Shown piece after piece: positions 58,520 through 64,000 of a DNA stretch of 64,000 nt. The stretch is from a virus. The stretch spans positions 64,001 through 128,000 of the IMG/VR virus record IMGVR_UViG_3300045125_000085, one strand, 5' to 3'. Position 1 is the stretch's first letter. The number at the start of each line of letters is the position of its first letter. The notes under the pieces were generated by a model. The model ran no database searches and had not been told where the DNA came from. It worked only from the letters and a program-made list of their open reading frames with translations. The translations under genes and the position numbers were made by a program.

Positions 58520-59668
58520 TTTGCCATGATTATTTTTTCATGACGACAGCGGCCACCCTAGCCCTGCGACTAGCGCCCCCGTAATGAACTTAAACCAGTC
58601 GTGGTTGTCCTTACAGATCGTAGAGAGCGTTGCTCGTAGTACGATTCACGCTCTAACTTCTGAGAATCAAACTTAGCTTTGAGTCTCTGGGCTTCGGCTT
58701 CCATGTCGAACTTCTCCTTCGCTAACTCCGCTTCCCGTTCTTTCATCTTCGCTTCCCGTGCATGTTGCTCAGCACGGATGCGTTCAGCTTCTTCTCTGAG
58801 CTTTTGTTCTAGCTGCTTGATCTTCTAGCTGCTTGATACTGAAGCGATGATTCATCTCAGCGACTTGCTCTTGCCTTAACGTCTTAACATCCCCACCCGA
58901 GATAGCTTCTTCACGTGTCTTAAATAGACCGAGCTTTTCTTCTGCTTCCTCTAGCTCGAACCTACCGACATTGATGATAGGCTTGCCGTACTGATCTTGA
59001 TCCGTGATACCGACATAGACTCCACTAGCACGTAAAGGATCTACCCGTGGCTTCAGCTGCAGTAGCTGCTTAGCTAGATAGATAAATCGCTCACCGATCT
59101 GATGCTCATTATCTATTAACTCTATAGAAAACGTCAAGCCATGTATCGTCTTCGCCATCTCCTGATAGCGCTCCTGTAAGAGCACTGAGTAAGAGTGCGG
59201 ATGATCCGGTGCCTGGCTCGGATGATCGAGCGTGACGACGATATCACGATTCGCTATGTATAAAGAACGATGCTCCTCTAAACGCTCTTCCTTGACTACG
59301 CAGTCCAAGATGACTTGAATCGGTGTAAAGCGATGATCCTCATATTGGCGAAAGAACGATTCCTTAAAGATGCGAAAGTCAGCATAATCATTATCTTCCG
59401 AACGCTCTAAGAACAAACGCTGTAAATCCGAAATGCACTTACAGGCACCATGTACTCATCCCTGATAATAAACTCCTGCGAGTATGTGTCAGGAGTACTA
59501 TCGATACGATGCTTGGATATTGCTCCTATCTACTACCGTGATTTGATAGCGTGTGTGGTTGATATACACGGTACGTCGTTGTATACCACTCACGTGCTGA
59601 TTAGGCATCTCATACGGGCCATGGATCTTAGCGCGTACGAGACCGATTAAATGCTCAATGTCTAGCAT
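58520..59668 (-). CDS. Conserved hypothetical protein with C-terminal coiled coil (gp122-like position)
   Basis: GGAGGT RBS, ATG 59668; includes the 58784..59416 ORF (LGLFKTREEAISGGD). Confidence 0.6.
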
Positions 59669-59686
59669 AGATACCTCCTATTGCTG

Positions 59687-59717
59687 CATTATTAGTATAT
59701 GGGGACATACTGCATTC
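59687..59717 (-). promoter_or_regulatory. Early-type promoter upstream of the nvRNAP operon
   Basis: ATGCAG...CCCCATATACTAATAATG, same CATATA-N6-ATG pattern as the other copies. Confidence 0.6.
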
Positions 59718-59726
59718 GACTAGACG

Positions 59727-59765
59727 GCATAGACAGAGGAGCTACTGTAGCTCCTCTGTCTATGC
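59727..59765. terminator. Perfect 18-bp hairpin
   Basis: GCATAGACAGAGGAGCTA-ctg-TAGCTCCTCTGTCTATGC. Confidence 0.8.
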
Positions 59766-59769
59766 TGGC

Positions 59770-60178
59770 TTATGCATGGATGATTCCTAAATTGTAAGCT
59801 TCTTGTAGTCTAGCCTCAATCTCAATCATCAAGTAATGACCGAAAGCGTTCAGTATCGGAGTAGGCTGCTCTTCATTGACATACTGTCTAATAAACAATA
59901 CGTTACGACAATCCAGCTTGTGTAAATGATAGCCTAAATCCTACTACTGTCTGCAGCTCTTCAGGTACAGGCTGTACTCTCATACGGGTGCAGTAGCTGT
60001 AAATCATCAGCTACATCCCCGCCTAGATAACCATCGAGGTAGATCTTAGCGATCTTAGTATCTGCTTGCAATATACCTTTCTGCTGAGTACCGTCGTATT
60101 CGACTAAGTGTAACTTAAGGTAGCGTTTCGCATACAGTGCTGAGTGGTATAGGTCTACGTGCAGCAGCAGTAGTCATG
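59770..60178 (-). CDS. Hypothetical protein (frameshifted)
   Basis: Coding-like minus-strand pieces (YLKLHLVEYDGTQQKGILQADTKIAKIYLDGYLGGD). Confidence 0.35.
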
Positions 60179-60233
60179 GTATACTCGGTAAAATACGAGC
60201 ACCTATCGCTAGATGCTCGTAGAGTGCTGTTAA

Positions 60234-60996
60234 TTATCTATGGAGTTCTCTGAGATAACTACAGAATGCCATCCCTGCAGCTGTCTCGTAATCCATATCG
60301 TCCGTCTTAGCGATACGGATCACCATGTCAGGATGGTCTAGGCGCTTGATGCCGAACATCCAGGCATTTTCTTCTTTCTTAAAGCAGCTTAACATCAGCC
60401 ACAGATTAAAGCGCTTAAACACTTTATTCATAGCCTTGTTATTCCAAGCTCTAATGAAAGGTGCTACGGGTTGGTCTTTGAAGATAGGCGACATCATCAT
60501 CGCCTGAAAGCCTTCTTCAGTCACTAAGAAGCTCTTAGCCATTGCATCCATGAGTGTCTGACTGACATCGTAGCGATTCAACCAAGCTTTGACGTTCTTA
60601 CGTGAAACGACCTGCTCATTATCTATCGGGTTTTGCAGGTTCTCGTAGTTCTTCAGCGTTTCATCGAGGTTGCCTTCACCGCTAGTGTTTTCAGCGAGCT
60701 TCTGAGCTGAGAGACTGTTCAGGAAGTCTATGAGGACTTGATTAGTCAGCGTATCGCCTTCAGTAGATTCCAGCAAAGCAGCCGCTACGTCTGCTGGCAA
60801 CTGCATCTGACCTGGCATCTGCGGTGGCATCTGCGGTGGCATCTCCATGCCTTCAGGTATTTCTTGAGCTATACCTTCGGCCACAATCTCAGGTACTTCC
60901 AGTACGTCAGACTCGCTAGCAGTAGACTCGGCTTTCTCCATAGGTACTTCGACAAATTCAGCATCAATGATTTCTTCATCAGGGCGGTAGGACATT
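60234..60996 (-). CDS. Hypothetical protein with acidic N-terminus and MPPQ repeats
   Basis: Intact ORF; likely start ATG 60996 after GAGGAG. Confidence 0.65.
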
Positions 60997-61295
60997 ATAG
61001 TAGACTCCTCTAGGGTCGTATGGTCGGTGTCGACAGATGGTCGTTTAGGGGTGAGACGGATGCGGTTAGGCTCCATTAGGACTCCTTAGTTTAAAAGCAC
61101 TCATTAGCATATACAGCTTACCTAAAAATAAGGCAGCATAATACGCATCAACGCTGAGCCGACACTCAGTGCTATGCGTAAGTAATTCCAGCGTGGAAAA
61201 AAGGAGGCACCACGTAGGCACCTCCTTAAGATTTCCCTTTTCTCAGAAGAAGGTAATAGCAGTAAACGTGAGCACATCTACCACTATACGATACC

Positions 61296-61935
61296 TTAGA
61301 TAAAAGTAGCCATATCAAAGCCGACGATAGTGCCGCCTTCAAACGGTATCTCGGCTCCATCAGCAGCGATCGCATGGACGCCATTGATCTCTAGCTTAAA
61401 GGTATCGTCATTATAGTTAATGACGCCTGAGATATCTAAGCTCAGTTCGATATACCACATGTTCTCATGATACTGGAGTGGGCCAGGTATCTCTTCTTCT
61501 AAGAAGACTTGATCGCCTTCCACGGTCATACTAGCTTGACTGATAGTAGTACGTACTGAGAGATCATAGCGATACTCCCAGCTCTCTGGCTGATCATTAT
61601 CGACCGAGTCATGCCAGTGATCTGGTGCAGAGAAACTGTTGCTGACCCTGATGACATAGGTATTCCCTTTATCAGTCTGTACCTGCAGATAGAGAGCTGA
61701 GTAGGAGATCAGCATCTTTCTGAGTGCATCAGGATCCAGCTCGACGATCTTCTCGATCGGTATATCTAAGTTGACTTTCAGCGGACTGGTATAAGGTGCA
61801 TCTTCCGGGATACTGCCTCGCCTGCAGCGGTCGTGGTTCCAACACCATGCTATCTACGAAATAATCCGCCATGTCTTCCTGGAATACAGGGTAGCAGAAA
61901 GTCAAAGCAGAAGTCTTGTAAGCGATTGTTCTCAT
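61296..61935 (-). CDS. Hypothetical acidic early protein (two ORF pieces)
   Basis: ATG 61935 (MRTIAYKTS); joins 61296..61715; terminator-like hairpin at ~61200-61230. Confidence 0.55.
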
Positions 61936-61964
61936 GAGTATTACTCTCTTGTGGATTAAAAGGA

Positions 61965-62017
61965 ATGAGCAGTAGGGTATGCTCATAAGTAATATATGCG
62001 TCCCTGTTTTATTTCAA
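61965..62017 (-). promoter_or_regulatory. Early promoter (exact TATATTAC) with 5'-terminal hairpin
   Basis: CATATATTACTTATG contains the phiKZ early-promoter core TATATTAC; followed by ATGAGCA-TACCCTAC-TGCTCAT. Confidence 0.72.
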
Positions 62018-62115
62018 TATAGCACTATTTTTAAGTCAGGAACTAATGGTGTGCGACCTCATTAGTGAGGCATATTACTCATTTGTTTTCATCACGATCA
62101 CATTAGGCTACACCC

Positions 62116-64000
62116 ATGTCGACACCTACTGCATACGTCATTCGCCGCAACCACACTATCGCTGAATTCGATAGTAATAAAATCTACACCGCCATAATGA
62201 AAGCCTTCTTAGCCGTAGAAGGTGATCACGCTAACGATAGCAGTCGTATCCATGACACAGTCACACGACTGACTGTAGCGATTACTGATAATCTCTTTAT
62301 AGCAGCTAAAGCTTCAGTCATCACGCATAACAACCTGCCTCTCTTCGCTATCGAAGATATCCAAAACCACGTAGAACGCCAACTGATGCATAGTGACTAC
62401 TACACAGTCGCTAAAGCTTATATCCTTTACCGTGAAGCCAGACATCAAGAAAGACAAGACCAACCCACATCACGCTCTTTACCGATCATACTACATACAG
62501 GTGAGCATGCTATCTGGACTGAGCAAGATCTACATAGTAAGTTCGATAGCTTAGCAGCTGATCTTAATGACGTAGATGCTGACTGGCTGCATGAACATAC
62601 TCTAGCGACTACGTTCGAGTGGATCACTGAGAAAGAACTCTACACGGCTATCATCATGCTAGCGCGTTCACGTATAGAAGTAGAACCTCAATATAGCTAC
62701 GTAGCTGCGCGTGTACTCTTACTCCTGCTCCAACAAGAAGCAGTCGAGCGTGTAGTCTCAATAGAAGCTGCATCATTTTTTACAAGCCTACCTACGGCGG
62801 CTTTACATTATACGGCTTACTTTAGAGCGTATATTAAGCAAGCTGTAGAAAAACAACTCTTGCATCCTCGCATGCTAGAAGTCTATGGTAGTGAACTCAC
62901 TAGACTAGGCGACGCTTTAAACCCTAAACGCGATCTATCCTTTACTTACCTAGGCTTACAGACACTGTACGATCGCTACTTCATCCACGATGGTGATACT
63001 CGCATAGAGTTACCACAAGCCTTCTTCATGCGTGTAGCTATGGGTCTATCGCTCAATGAGCAAGAACCAGTAGAACGTGCTATTGAGTTTTATCACTTAC
63101 TCTCACAGTTCGACTACATGACCTCTACACCCACACTCTTTAATAGTGGGACATTACGCCCTCAGCTCTCTTCATGCTTTCTTTCTACAGTACCAGATGA
63201 CTTAGATAGCATCTATGAAGCCATCAAAGATAATGCACTCTTATCTAAATATGCTGGAGGTCTCGGTAATGACTGGACATCTGTCAGAGCACTAGGTTCA
63301 CATATCGTCGGTACTAATGGTAAATCGCAAGGCGTAGTACCTTTCCTTAAAGTCGTCAACGATAGTGCTATCGCTGTCAATCAAGGTGGTAAACGTCTAG
63401 GTGCGGCATGTGTCTATTTAGAAAGTTGGCACTTAGATATAGAAGAGTTCTTAGAACTCAAGAAGAATACTGGTGATGAGCGTAGACGTACTCATGACAT
63501 CAATACTGCGAATTGGATCCCCGACCTACTGATGCAGCGTGTCATGGAAGAAGGCATGTGGACATTATTTAGTCCTAGTGACGTACCTGATCTGCATGAT
63601 CTCTACGGTGCTGCTTTTAAAGCTCGCTATGAGGAGTACGAAGCTTTAGCTGAGTCAGGTCAACTCCATCATAAGCGCCTACCTGCCTTACAGTTATGGC
63701 GTAAGATGCTGACCATGCTGTATGAAACAGGCCATCCGTGGATCACGTTTAAAGATCCTTGCAACATACGCTACACGAATCAACATGTAGGTGTAGTACA
63801 TAGTAGCAACTTATGTACCGAAATTTGCTTGCATACTAATGCCGAAGAGATACGCAGTCTGCAACTTAGGTTCAGTCAATCTAGCACGTCATATACTTGA
63901 AGACGGCGGTATAGACTATAAGAAGCTAGCTAATACCGTCAAGCTCGCTATACGTATGCTGGATAATGTCATCGACCTGAACTACTACAGCGTCGATAAA
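62116..64000 (+). CDS. nrdA: Class Ia ribonucleotide reductase alpha subunit; runs off the window (indel near 63855)
   Basis: N-terminal ATP cone (YVIRRN..FDSNKI..AI.KAF), TPTLFNSGT..QLSSC, KYAGGLG, VNQGGKRLGA, SSNLCTEI. Confidence 0.96.

Noticed and set aside
2156-63900. Stop-codon reassignment, programmed frameshifting or mass pseudogenisation as the cause of the broken ORFs
   Set aside because: The breaks I examined are frame changes rather than in-frame stops, affect essential genes indiscriminately, cluster in low-quality patches (11-12.2, 13.6-15.6, 42.4-42.8, 48.2-48.8 kb) and vary between otherwise identical repeat copies. Long intact ORFs (SbcC, 831 aa) read in the standard code. 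Sequencing indels are the simplest explanation
1-64000. tRNA/rRNA genes, chimallin, PhuZ, major capsid protein, integrase or transposase
   Set aside because: None recognised in this window; a nucleus-forming lifestyle is inferred only from the phiKZ-like gene set

Overview
This is a fragment of a phiKZ-like (Chimalliviridae-type, probably nucleus-forming) jumbo phage genome. Most genes are broken by single-base indels, which look like uncorrected long-read errors, so many ORFs in the track are pieces of longer genes that I rejoined by eye. Recognisable content: three virion RNA polymerase subunit genes (beta' middle, the start of beta N, and beta C); a non-virion RNAP beta subunit; an ~11.3 kb tape-measure/lytic tail gene with one M15 peptidase and two SLT domains; tail/baseplate and fibre genes; a probable portal; RecA/UvsX; RNase H; SbcC; a RuvC-like resolvase; a RyR-domain protein; and a bacterial-type nrdA. 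Three structures stand out beyond the ORF track. (1) An ORF-less 409-nt group I intron splits the RNAP catalytic D|FDGD motif. (2) Accessory early genes share a promoter, three-hairpin leader and terminator architecture, and one such island is bracketed by ~45-bp direct repeats. (3) The tape-measure gene holds a 7x177-bp near-identical in-frame repeat whose unit is itself a long imperfect palindrome. Assignments to phiKZ gp numbers come from remembered motifs and synteny, not from a database search.
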